Virus record (IMG/VR): IMGVR_UViG_3300031134_000001
Location: 64,001 to 128,000 of that record
Direction: 5' to 3' (one strand)
From: a virus
Lineage: Duplodnaviria > Caudoviricetes
Length of the DNA stretch: 64,000 bases
In this document: one piece after another, positions 1-8,177 of the stretch
How positions within the stretch are numbered: position 1 is the first letter of the stretch
Layout: each line of letters begins with the position of its first letter
Notes under the pieces: model-generated
Told to the model about the DNA's origin: nothing
The model's database searches: none
What the model saw: only the letters and a program-made list of their open reading frames with translations
Position numbers and translations under genes: made by a program

Positions 1-167
1 ATAACCCACCTTGCGGCCTGGGCACCGAAGGCGAGCTCGAAACCGACGTCTATTCTCGTACGGGGCCTGGGCTTAATGAAAAACAACTTTTCGCTGTCTT
101 CGACAAGAAGGACATCAGCGTGATGATCAACCGTCTTCAGCGAGCATTGGACGAAGCAAAGGAGTAA
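1..167 (+). CDS. hypothetical protein, 5'-truncated by the window edge
   Basis: Open frame from position 3 (NPPCGLGTEG...LDEAKE) to TAA at 165-167. Its end contains GGAG, the RBS of the next gene. Confidence 0.6.
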   Translation, partial: NPPCGLGTEGELETDVYSRTGPGLNEKQLFAVFDKKDISVMINRLQRALDEAKE

Positions 168-168
168 C

Positions 169-438
169 ATGGACCAAACATCTAGCGATCTTCAATTCAC
201 TAGCGTGTACTCCGGCAAGCTTCTGTCTGAAGTGCCATTTGATCACTTATGGGCGGACATGCCCGTCGTTGACGATGACGATGGTGCGGGTAAGATTGTT
301 AACGTCATTAAGCGAGACCAGTACGGCATGCCGGTTAAAGCGGTGAAAATAACTTGCTTTGAACCCAAAGCCGAAGGCGTTGTTGAAATTACCTACACCG
401 CCATCCATTCTGAATTAAAGTTCGTGAGGGTAAAGTAA
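169..438 (+). CDS. hypothetical protein (89 aa)
   Basis: AAGGAG RBS; stop overlaps the next ATG (TAATG). Confidence 0.7.
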   Translation: MDQTSSDLQFTSVYSGKLLSEVPFDHLWADMPVVDDDDGAGKIVNVIKRDQYGMPVKAVKITCFEPKAEGVVEITYTAIHSELKFVRVK

Positions 439-995
439 TGGCCATCATCGGTATCATCGGCACAGCTGGCCGAGACAAAACCAAACCCATGACGCTAGCG
501 TTGTGGAAGTGGATGCTCCAAGATGCGTACAGTCGGGTACCTGCGGGTAGTCACGTGGGTTCGGGCGGCGCAGCATGGGCTGACCATTTGGTTGTGTCCA
601 TGTTCCTGTTTGGTTACACCGGCAACATCACGCTGCATCTGCCAGCGCCTTTCGTTGATGGTAAATACCAGGGCGAAGGATTCAAGAGCGCAGGCTCTGC
701 CGCGAATTATTACCACGAGATGTTCGGTAAAGTTATCGGTCGCAATACGCTGGAACAAATCGGGGACGTCATCGCCATGCGTGCTAGCATGCCTGAACGT
801 GTCCATATCACCGAAGAGCCCGCTTCAGCCAGTATCGGCGGGATGTTCGCCCGTAACGCCAAAGTCGCCCAGTTCGACGAACTACTCGCTTACACATTTG
901 GCGAGGGTGACGTACCAGCTGATGGTGGCACCAAAGACACGTGGGACAAATGCCAAGGCAAGAAAACCCACATTTCCCTTCCCCTTCTTTACTGA
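438..995 (+). CDS. SLOG-fold (YpsA/DprA-like) putative nucleotide-binding protein
   Basis: N-terminal IIGIIGTAGR strand and SGGAAWAD motif, typical of the SLOG superfamily; translationally coupled to the upstream gene. Confidence 0.55.
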   Translation: MAIIGIIGTAGRDKTKPMTLALWKWMLQDAYSRVPAGSHVGSGGAAWADHLVVSMFLFGYTGNITLHLPAPFVDGKYQGEGFKSAGSAANYYHEMFGKVIGRNTLEQIGDVIAMRASMPERVHITEEPASASIGGMFARNAKVAQFDELLAYTFGEGDVPADGGTKDTWDKCQGKKTHISLPLLY

Positions 996-1004
996 AAGCG
1001 CCCT

Positions 1005-1295
1005 ATGTCCGTTATCCTCCCAGTCATCAAACTCAAGGCAGATTCGATCGTCATCAAAATGGCAGTAGATGGCCGTGTTGTCACATACACGATGTTTAAT
1101 CCTGATCCCGAAACCATGGAGTGTCTGCGCGCAGCACAACTTGGTGACAAATTCAACGGCGTGATCATCGTTGATAAGCGTGACGATGGTGACGACGACA
1201 CGCACATCAACGAACGCATTCAGACATTCCTTGAACTGCATTTGCCCAGCATCAACAAGCGTCACACCCAAAGGGTGACATTCATCAACGGCTAA
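1005..1295 (+). CDS. hypothetical protein (96 aa)
   Basis: ORF packed in tandem with neighbours; phage-like codon usage. Confidence 0.65.
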   Translation: MSVILPVIKLKADSIVIKMAVDGRVVTYTMFNPDPETMECLRAAQLGDKFNGVIIVDKRDDGDDDTHINERIQTFLELHLPSINKRHTQRVTFING

Positions 1296-1308
1296 GAAAG
1301 GATACAGC

Positions 1309-1542
1309 GTGAGTAACATTCAACCTAAATGGATTATATTCATTGTTCGCGATCAAGACGGATCAATGATTTATAACTCGGGAATCTCCGGCAGTGCGCA
1401 TCAGCGACGTACACGATTGCGCGCCCTTCTTCAGCGCCTTCGCCAAGGGCGCGATATTGTTGTATCTAAAAACGAATGGGTAAAAGGTCGCGGGCAGCGC
1501 ACTACCAAAATGATCTGGAGTAAAGAGCTGCCCGCAATCTAG
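1309..1542 (+). CDS. hypothetical protein (77 aa)
   Basis: GTG start after AAGGA; fills the gap before the promoter motif. Confidence 0.55.
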   Translation: MSNIQPKWIIFIVRDQDGSMIYNSGISGSAHQRRTRLRALLQRLRQGRDIVVSKNEWVKGRGQRTTKMIWSKELPAI

Positions 1543-1554
1543 CCATTAGAAATG

Positions 1555-1587
1555 TGGCGCTAGAAAATCTCAAGGCTATATACCTAG
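1555..1587 (+). promoter_or_regulatory. phage early (virion-RNAP type) promoter
   Basis: TGGCGCTAGAAAATCTCAAGGCTATATACCTAG matches the motif repeated at 8085, 22455, 31172 and 36441. Confidence 0.6.
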
Positions 1588-1653
1588 TGTGAATTGGAAA
1601 CGGTATCGATTAAACGAACCGTTTCTTACCCTAACTTACACTGGAGAATTACC

Positions 1654-2034
1654 ATGAACTTCATCAAATCGATCTGGAATAAAGTCAAGTCGTTCTTCGG
1701 TGGCATGTTCGCGTCGAAGAAAGTCACCGCAGCACCAGCTGCACCAGCCGTCAAAACCGAAGTGGCTCAAGCTGCTGAAGTCATCAACGCTGAAGAAGTC
1801 CAAGCTGAAGCCGATGCTAAAGCAGAAGCTGATGCTCGTATGGAAGCCCTGGCAATTGTATTCAACCGCGTTGCTGAACTGGCTCGCTTCCGTAACTACT
1901 CGCTTGAAGAAGCGCGTACCGCATTCTACGCTGACGACATGACCACCATGGTTCGTATCGAACGCGACATGAAAGCACGCAAGTACAAAGCACCAAAGAA
2001 AGTCAAAGCAGTTAAGCAAGTTGTTGCAGCATAA
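1654..2034 (+). CDS. early protein with N-terminal amphipathic helix (126 aa)
   Basis: ATG at 1654 after GGAG (the track start at 1594 has no RBS). Begins MNFIKSIWNKVKSFF. Confidence 0.8.
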   Translation: MNFIKSIWNKVKSFFGGMFASKKVTAAPAAPAVKTEVAQAAEVINAEEVQAEADAKAEADARMEALAIVFNRVAELARFRNYSLEEARTAFYADDMTTMVRIERDMKARKYKAPKKVKAVKQVVAA

Positions 2035-2075
2035 TTCGTTCGTTCCCTATAACTAACAACACAAGGAGCATTACC

Positions 2076-2501
2076 ATGAAACAATTCTTCAACAACATCT
2101 GGTCGAATGTCAAAGACCTGTATGTCAAAGTGCGCAACTTCATCGCACGTCAGATCACGCCTTGCCTGCAATACGGCGACAAGCTGATCAACACCGTCAA
2201 AGCGCTTCGCACGCTTGGCAAAGAAGTGTCGTACATGGACTACGCTAAAGTGGTCCTGGGTTACACCGTGAACATCCTCACGTGCGTGACCTTCGGCGTC
2301 ATCCTGGCTGTGCTCGGTGCGTACGCTACGCTGGCACTGTCGTTCGTGGTTGGCGAATTTATCGCAACCGTGTTCGTGATCGTTGCCCGTACGCTGTTCG
2401 TCATGGACGTGTTCGAAGAAGTTGAAAGCCAGATGTTCTGCGCTAAGATTTCTGAAATTGCTGTCGCAGTGCGTGAACGCCGTGAAGCCGCGGCAGCTTA
2501 A
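2076..2501 (+). CDS. early membrane protein (141 aa)
   Basis: AAGGAG RBS; amphipathic N-terminus plus two hydrophobic segments. Confidence 0.8.
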   Translation: MKQFFNNIWSNVKDLYVKVRNFIARQITPCLQYGDKLINTVKALRTLGKEVSYMDYAKVVLGYTVNILTCVTFGVILAVLGAYATLALSFVVGEFIATVFVIVARTLFVMDVFEEVESQMFCAKISEIAVAVRERREAAAA

Positions 2502-2527
2502 TTCATAACCAACAACAAGGATCTATC

Positions 2528-2992
2528 ATGAACTTCCTGCGCAACCTCTGGACCCGTATCAAATCGTTTTTCAGCAACCTGTTCGGCGGCAAGAAAGTCG
2601 AAGCTGAAGTCAAGGCTGAACCAGCTCCACTGACACCGGCTGCTAAGCGCTTCAACGCCGCTTACGAGAAAGCTGAGCAAATCGCTTTCAACCCTAAGTG
2701 GAGCAACGGCACTGGTTACTTCAACCATGCTGTTGAAGGTGAGCACGCACCAAAACTGGCTGTTGGTCAAATTGTTGCAAGCAAAGTCCCTGCCGCTGAC
2801 AACCGTCGTCTGATCATCGTCGGTACTGCAACTGGCAACGCCGTAATGTTTGAGCGTTACACCGACAGCGCTCAAACACTCGCAAGCAATGTGCCAGATG
2901 AGCTGCGCTCGTTCATCAGCAACCGCCTGTCGGCTGACGATGTAACGTTCCTGCTCAACGCTGGTAACGTACCAGTTAAAGCTGCAGCGTAA
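2528..2992 (+). CDS. early protein with N-terminal amphipathic helix (154 aa)
   Basis: AAGGA RBS. MNFLRNLWTRIKSFFSNLFGGKKV is clearly similar to the N-terminus of the 1654 gene. Confidence 0.8.
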   Translation: MNFLRNLWTRIKSFFSNLFGGKKVEAEVKAEPAPLTPAAKRFNAAYEKAEQIAFNPKWSNGTGYFNHAVEGEHAPKLAVGQIVASKVPAADNRRLIIVGTATGNAVMFERYTDSAQTLASNVPDELRSFISNRLSADDVTFLLNAGNVPVKAAA

Positions 2993-2997
2993 TACCG

Positions 2998-3021
2998 AAG
3001 AGGGGGATCGCCCCCTCTTTT
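2998..3021 (+). terminator. intrinsic terminator-like hairpin
   Basis: AAGAGGGGG-ATCG-CCCCCTCTT followed by TT. Confidence 0.65.
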
Positions 3022-3047
3022 ATAAACAACAATAACTAGGAGTTGTC

Positions 3048-3425
3048 ATGAATTTTCTGAAGAAATGTTTCAACCGCGTTGTCGGCTGGATGGCTTATCC
3101 GTTGGCCAAGTCGATGGACAAGATGGCGCAGCTCTTCGCGCCAGCACTGGTCGACCTGAAGTCGGACCGTAGTGTGAAGTGGACGTGGAAAGCTGTGGGT
3201 CAAGTGGTGATGGGCTTCTTGCTCTTGATCCTTACGTCTGTCGCGCTCTGCGTAACCTTTGTCGGCTCCATCGCCGGCATCACGTTGCTGCTTGCTCTGG
3301 TCCTGCCATCGCTCTTGGCTAACGTGATCGCCATCCTCGGCACGTTGTACATCGGTCACTGCGTGTACGAAGTCACCGAACCAATGCGTGCTGACGAAAT
3401 CGCTGTTGATTTCGAACTTAACTAA
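3048..3425 (+). CDS. early membrane protein (125 aa)
   Basis: AGGAG RBS; long hydrophobic hairpin (VVMGFLLLILTSVAL...LLANVIAILG). Confidence 0.8.
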   Translation: MNFLKKCFNRVVGWMAYPLAKSMDKMAQLFAPALVDLKSDRSVKWTWKAVGQVVMGFLLLILTSVALCVTFVGSIAGITLLLALVLPSLLANVIAILGTLYIGHCVYEVTEPMRADEIAVDFELN

Positions 3426-3460
3426 TCCAATACCTGTTGTACCTTTAAAGGAGCATTACC

Positions 3461-3841
3461 ATGGAACGTATCAAAAACTTCTTCGTCGGCGTCGCCAAGT
3501 TCGCCTACGACTTCTTCATCCACCCAATCGTCAACCTGCGTCACCTGACGAAGATGGACAACACAACCAAAGCCCTCAGCATCATCGAAGCGGCTTCCCG
3601 TGTCATCGTCATGGCATCGTGGGTCGTCGCTGTGCCAGCCCTGCTGGTTACCCTGGCATGGACGTGGATCATCGGTACGCTGATCTGGGTCGCTGCAACC
3701 GTCGCTTTCATGATGGGTTCGATGGTTGCTATCGGCAAAATGGCTGGCGAATTTGATGCCGCTACTCCAGCTGCTGAAGTCAAAGCCGCCGACGCTGCTG
3801 AACCAGCAACTGAATCGACCATCATCCTCGCTACGGCCTAA
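3461..3841 (+). CDS. early membrane protein (126 aa)
   Basis: AAGGAG RBS; two TM-like segments. Confidence 0.8.
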   Translation: MERIKNFFVGVAKFAYDFFIHPIVNLRHLTKMDNTTKALSIIEAASRVIVMASWVVAVPALLVTLAWTWIIGTLIWVAATVAFMMGSMVAIGKMAGEFDAATPAAEVKAADAAEPATESTIILATA

Positions 3842-3844
3842 GCC

Positions 3845-4141
3845 ATGTGGGATTTTATCAAACGCCTCTTTAAATCCATCTACCGTCGTACGGTAGGTGG
3901 GTTGGTGCGGTTGGTAAAACACGCGGCGCAGGGTAAAGTGGATGGTCATGACAAAGTCGTGGTGTCGCGTTTCTTGCGACAGAGCGCGTACTTTGTGGTG
4001 CTGTTCTTCTTCCCAGCCCTGGGTGGTTTGCTTATGGCTTTGCGTATCATGGCGTTGGGTGATGTCTTTGGCATCATTAGCGACGTGTACGAAGATGTCG
4101 TTACCGCGTATTTAAAACAACCCGCACCTGCCCCCGCCTGA
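3845..4141 (+). CDS. early membrane protein (98 aa)
   Basis: Starts MWDFIKRLFKSI; hydrophobic core YFVVLFFFPALGGLLMAL. Confidence 0.7.
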   Translation: MWDFIKRLFKSIYRRTVGGLVRLVKHAAQGKVDGHDKVVVSRFLRQSAYFVVLFFFPALGGLLMALRIMALGDVFGIISDVYEDVVTAYLKQPAPAPA

Positions 4142-4180
4142 TTCAGGTGGTGGGTAGATGCCCACCATTTGGAGAACAAC

Positions 4181-4480
4181 ATGCGTAAATTGCTCGCATT
4201 TGTAAAAGGCTTTTTCTTCACAGCGAAAGTCATTGTGTCGGCGATTGTGGCGCCAGTCGCGCAGCTGCTGAAAAGCACGTTGCAAAATAAGCCGTTGTCG
4301 GTCTTCCAGTTAGCGTTTGCTATCTGGCGTTTGTTCGTATGGACGATCTTCGTTCTGTGCGTTACGTCATCGGTGGGCGTCCCTGCCATCATCGCTTACC
4401 TGTTCTTAATCGACGTCATGGTCGTTTGCGTGCAGGTCGTGGCAATCACTGTCCTTAACTTGAAGGAGAAAGCAGTATGA
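4181..4480 (+). CDS. early membrane protein (99 aa)
   Basis: ATG at 4181 after GGAG; strongly hydrophobic. Confidence 0.7.
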   Translation: MRKLLAFVKGFFFTAKVIVSAIVAPVAQLLKSTLQNKPLSVFQLAFAIWRLFVWTIFVLCVTSSVGVPAIIAYLFLIDVMVVCVQVVAITVLNLKEKAV

Positions 4481-4845
4481 AAAAGTTTCTCGACACCTTA
4501 GCGGTGTTTGTTGGTAACCTGCTGGACTTGAACCCCAAGTCGTGGCTGGAATCCCAACGCCAAGCGCAGAAGATGCGCGAAGCAGCGCGTGCATGGGAAG
4601 CTGTCCCAGCGCCTTCGATCGTTCACAAAGACGGTCAAGAAGAAGTCGCCGCAGCGCCTGAGTCGCCATTTAGCTACCTGGGTCGCACCGCCCTGGTCGC
4701 GCTTGGCTTTGTTGGTCTGGCGTGGGTCGTAACCCAAGTGGTTACCGCGTTCATCTACGTCCTGCCTATCTTGGCAGGTCTGGCAACGCTGGCTTTGTTG
4801 ATGACCATGTTTGGTCCCAAGAAGCCTGACCCAATCCCAGCATGA
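4477..4845 (+). CDS. early membrane protein (122 aa)
   Basis: AAGGAG RBS, ATGA overlap; two C-terminal TM-like segments. Confidence 0.75.
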   Translation: MKKFLDTLAVFVGNLLDLNPKSWLESQRQAQKMREAARAWEAVPAPSIVHKDGQEEVAAAPESPFSYLGRTALVALGFVGLAWVVTQVVTAFIYVLPILAGLATLALLMTMFGPKKPDPIPA

Positions 4846-4907
4846 ACACCGCAGTAAAATCCATTTCATTTTCTAATCGCAGCAAAATCAAACATCGGAG
4901 ATCTACC

Positions 4908-5609
4908 ATGAAAAACGCACAACAAGCCCAACACGTCGCTAACGCCATCAAAACCGTCCGCGCCCAAATCGAAGCACTGCGCGAGCAGATCAAGTCGGCC
5001 ACCGGCGACGAACGCATCGCGCTGCAAGCCGAAGCCAACGCGCTGCTCGAATCGATCGGCGTGGAATCGTCGGTCGGTGTGCAGTCGGCCGACAACAGCA
5101 CCGCTGGTCACATCCTGGGTAACATCAACGCCGTTGTCGAGAAAGCTGGCAACATCACTGGCTTGCCAATCGAACCAGCTGAAATCGATGTGAAGATCAC
5201 CAACGCCGACGGCAGCAGCACCACCACCCACACCACGGTCGAGACCAAGAAAGCTGGCCTGTGGACCCGCTTCAAACTCTGGTGCGCAGAGAACAAGAAG
5301 AAAGTGATCTTCGGTGCTATCGGCCTGGCCGCCGGCGCTGCTGGTCTGTGGTTCTGGATCAATGGTAAAAATACTGTGAACGTTACATCCTCTGCAACGG
5401 ATGTGATCATCACTGCCGAACCTACCATCCAAACCGGCGAGGCTGACCCTTCGATCTTCGAACGTGTCGGTGCCTGGGTTGTCGGTGCTGCTGGCGCCGT
5501 CAAAGGCTATGCGGTCAACGCCTGGTCGTGGGTGAAGGGTCTGTTCAACCGTAACAACAACACGGAGGTCAACGTTGAAGTCCCAGTCCAAATGCCACTC
5601 GCTGCCTAA
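4908..5609 (+). CDS. early single-pass membrane protein with N-terminal coiled coil (233 aa)
   Basis: ATG at 4908 after CGGAG; TM segment VIFGAIGLAAGAAGLWFWI; strongly biased codon usage. Confidence 0.8.
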   Translation: MKNAQQAQHVANAIKTVRAQIEALREQIKSATGDERIALQAEANALLESIGVESSVGVQSADNSTAGHILGNINAVVEKAGNITGLPIEPAEIDVKITNADGSSTTTHTTVETKKAGLWTRFKLWCAENKKKVIFGAIGLAAGAAGLWFWINGKNTVNVTSSATDVIITAEPTIQTGEADPSIFERVGAWVVGAAGAVKGYAVNAWSWVKGLFNRNNNTEVNVEVPVQMPLAA

Positions 5610-5706
5610 TGGCCGGCACTACCCTTCCGGTAAACAAGCACTTGTCTCGTTGGTGTTGGCCTTCGTGATCTTTGTGATCGCCAACATTTCCACCGGTCGG
5701 TTCTAA
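5575..5706 (+). CDS. possible small membrane peptide (43 aa, TTG start)
   Basis: GGAGG at 5564-5568, TTG at 5575; C-terminus ALVSLVLAFVIFVIANI. Below the track length cut-off. Confidence 0.35.
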   Translation: MKSQSKCHSLPNGRHYPSGKQALVSLVLAFVIFVIANISTGRF

Positions 5707-5707
5707 A

Positions 5708-5774
5708 AGCATACACTCATGAGGAGCTCGGGGTAACCCGGCTCCTTGTGGGCGTATGTTGTTTCTTTTTTCTT
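5708..5774 (+). terminator. terminator hairpin with CATA/TATG base
   Basis: AGCATAC-...GAGGAGC-TCGGG-GTAA-CCCG-GCTCCTT...-GTATGTT followed by a T-tract. Confidence 0.65.
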
Positions 5775-5789
5775 TACAGGAGTTGCCTT

Positions 5790-6071
5790 ATGGTCGCTGC
5801 CCTCGTTGCAAGCCTGCTGTTGTTAGTGACAGCGGTTCGTCGTAAAGCTGCTGAGCCGGTCCAACCGATCGCCGCTAAGCCCGTACCTAAACCCAAGCCA
5901 GTAGCTATGCCAGTGATGCCACGTGCTGCGCGTACTGCGCCACCAGCGCTTAAGCGTGATCGTCGTCCAACGTTGAGTGTGGATGAATACCAGCAGCAGT
6001 ACGCCACCCCAGTATCATTCAAGGTGGAGCTTACGGGCTACAACTTACCTCCTGGAACACTGACTTACTAG
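5790..6071 (+). CDS. N-anchored Pro-rich membrane protein (93 aa)
   Basis: ATG at 5790 after AGGAG; starts MVAALVASLLLLVTAVRRK, then a PKP-rich stretch. Confidence 0.7.
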   Translation: MVAALVASLLLLVTAVRRKAAEPVQPIAAKPVPKPKPVAMPVMPRAARTAPPALKRDRRPTLSVDEYQQQYATPVSFKVELTGYNLPPGTLTY

Positions 6072-6096
6072 AAAAATATTGTAAGTCAGCAATACC

Positions 6097-6942
6097 ATGT
6101 CCGACAATTTACCTATAACTCCATACCAACAGAAGGGATTCATCATGAAACTTTTTTCGACCATGTCGCCAGCTGAGCAACAAGCAATCCAACGTTTTTA
6201 CAATGGTTTCCAGAACGCGCCGACCACCATCGCGTTTCGTAGCCAGTTCATCGAGCGTAAAGCCGATGGCAGCGTCGGGTTCATGCCAATCATCAGTGAC
6301 CCCGTCAAGCGGATCGTGATGAAGGAAGGTGATACGGCGCGCATGCACAATGTGCACCCGATCGAGACCAAACAACACCTCAACAGTCTTTTCCTGTTGA
6401 TCGGCACGCCTTACGGCACGCTCGTGGTGTACGGTCGTGAAAACGAGTACAAGATCAATGGCAAAAATGTGGTCCTCGGCCCGTTGCCACAGCTGCACCA
6501 CACGGCGCGCTTCTTAGGCGCTGCCCTGCGGTTCTTCGCTCGCACCAAGCGTGGCAAGACCACCACGGCGGAACTGGTGACCTGGATCTTCTCGGACAAC
6601 TTCGAACGTGACATGGAAGAGCAAGCGCAGCTCGACCACGTCACCGAACAAAAGACCGGCAACACCAATCTGCTGGGCGACGGCATGCCACCCCGTATTC
6701 GTCAGCAACACCCAACGCAGAAGAAAGCCTATGATGTGAGCAAACGGCGTGGACCTATCCAGCCTGTTGCCGACTTCCAAAACCCGAAGGAAGTCCAACC
6801 ACATCCGCTGGATATCATCCCGTGCCGTGCCAATGGTTTCAAAGGCACGCGCTACGCTAACCAGACGCCAGAACAGCGCGCTGAAGGCGCTGCGATGGTG
6901 GTACAGCCTGGCGTTCTTTCGGGTGTGCATCCAGCGGTGTAA
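6097..6942 (+). CDS. hypothetical protein (start may be 6145)
   Basis: Long ORF with phage codon usage; alternative ATG at 6145 follows AAGGGA. Confidence 0.75.
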   Translation: MSDNLPITPYQQKGFIMKLFSTMSPAEQQAIQRFYNGFQNAPTTIAFRSQFIERKADGSVGFMPIISDPVKRIVMKEGDTARMHNVHPIETKQHLNSLFLLIGTPYGTLVVYGRENEYKINGKNVVLGPLPQLHHTARFLGAALRFFARTKRGKTTTAELVTWIFSDNFERDMEEQAQLDHVTEQKTGNTNLLGDGMPPRIRQQHPTQKKAYDVSKRRGPIQPVADFQNPKEVQPHPLDIIPCRANGFKGTRYANQTPEQRAEGAAMVVQPGVLSGVHPAV

Positions 6943-6961
6943 CATCCACTAAGGAGTTATC

Positions 6962-7210
6962 ATGGCCAATCCACAGAAGCAAGCTCAGTTCAAAGCACGT
7001 CAAGATGTGTTGCGTGACGAAGTCAATCTGTTTCTTTCGCAAAACAAGCGCGAAGTCGCCATTCGACATTACCAAGACAAATGCGCTTGCACTCTCGATC
7101 GCGCTGTTCAGTACGTCGAATCGGTGGAACGGGAACGTCGCGCTGTGCGTCATGAAGACTTCTTAACGCGGGTTCGCACTCGTAGTTGGTATGGCCATGC
7201 AATTGCTTAA
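6962..7210 (+). CDS. hypothetical protein (82 aa)
   Basis: TAAGGAG RBS. Confidence 0.75.
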   Translation: MANPQKQAQFKARQDVLRDEVNLFLSQNKREVAIRHYQDKCACTLDRAVQYVESVERERRAVRHEDFLTRVRTRSWYGHAIA

Positions 7211-7268
7211 ACGGCATAAGCCCGCTACCCTTCGGGGTAGCGGGTTGTATGACGTCTCTTTTTTTTTG
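7211..7268. terminator. bidirectional terminator between convergent genes
   Basis: ACGGCATA-AG-CCCGCTACCC-TTCG-GGGTAGCGGG-TTG-TATGACGT followed by a T-tract. Confidence 0.8.
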
Positions 7269-7269
7269 G

Positions 7270-8082
7270 CTATCGACCAATACCGCTGATCAACGAGATG
7301 TATCGGGTCATGGATTCCGGGTCATTCATGAACGCGACCTTGGCCCAGGTTTCATCCAGGTATTCCCGGTACATCATTTCTGCATCGGAATAACCTTCGA
7401 CGATTTCCTTGAACTTACCGACTTGCACACCACCACGCAGTTCACCCATGTCGAGCTGGATGATGTACGAGTTGTAGATGAAGGACTTGACAGCCAACTC
7501 CACTAGGCGGGCAAAGGCCAGGTAGCTGCGGGCTTGGATGTTTGACAAGTTCTCATCGTTCTCCAGCGAGCAGCGTAAGTACATGTTCTGCGGTAAAATC
7601 ATGGCGTCTTGCACCATCACCACGTTCTCACCGATTAACTCCACACGCGCAGTACCGATGTTACCAGTGCGCAGTTGTGCTTCCATGACTTGGGATGCCA
7701 TGGACAACGCAGGACTACCACGCCCTGTGCCGTAGTTGCCACCATAGCCACTTTGTAGATTGGCCAGATAACCGTACGTGACATCGAACACGCTCAAGAT
7801 CGCGCGGCCGTTGGTCTTTGTTTTGGGAATCTGAAAGACGGTGACGTAACCGTTCTCAACTGTTTCTCGGGGAACGTCACTTAAGTCAATCCGCGTTTCC
7901 ACGCCATTGACCAAGTTACAGTCCACCAACACACGCGGTGCGAGCACCATGAAACGAATGCGTTCTTTGATGTCAGAAGGCAGATCGCGAAACTGTTGAT
8001 ACGGTTCTTGGAACACCACCTTCAGAATCTCGCGCGGAATGCGGAACATCACTTCATCCAGCGCTTTGGTAATGGGATTCAT
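7270..8082 (-). CDS. conserved phiKZ-like protein, probably a virion structural protein (270 aa)
   Basis: GGAG RBS on the minus strand; position upstream of phuZ resembles the phiKZ gp32 region (synteny from memory). Confidence 0.6.
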   Translation of the reverse strand: MNPITKALDEVMFRIPREILKVVFQEPYQQFRDLPSDIKERIRFMVLAPRVLVDCNLVNGVETRIDLSDVPRETVENGYVTVFQIPKTKTNGRAILSVFDVTYGYLANLQSGYGGNYGTGRGSPALSMASQVMEAQLRTGNIGTARVELIGENVVMVQDAMILPQNMYLRCSLENDENLSNIQARSYLAFARLVELAVKSFIYNSYIIQLDMGELRGGVQVGKFKEIVEGYSDAEMMYREYLDETWAKVAFMNDPESMTRYISLISGIGR

Positions 8083-8084
8083 CT

Positions 8085-8118
8085 TGGCTCCTAAATAATT
8101 ACAAGGCTATATTACTAC
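8085..8118 (+). promoter_or_regulatory. phage early promoter
   Basis: TGGCTCCTAAATAATTACAAGGCTATATTACTAC; contains the TATTAC core reported for phiKZ early promoters. Confidence 0.65.
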
Positions 8119-8177
8119 TCTGAGATGCGTAGCACATAGCATTCATCCTTTACAACCAACAACTACTAGGAGTATTC

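Noticed and set aside
1594-1653. Track start extensions (also 4842, 5748, 15255, 28163, 45741, 58273, 60365 and 61238)
   Set aside because: These upstream TTG/GTG/ATG codons lack an RBS or lie inside neighbouring genes or terminators. Downstream starts were preferred, most of them with a clear SD.
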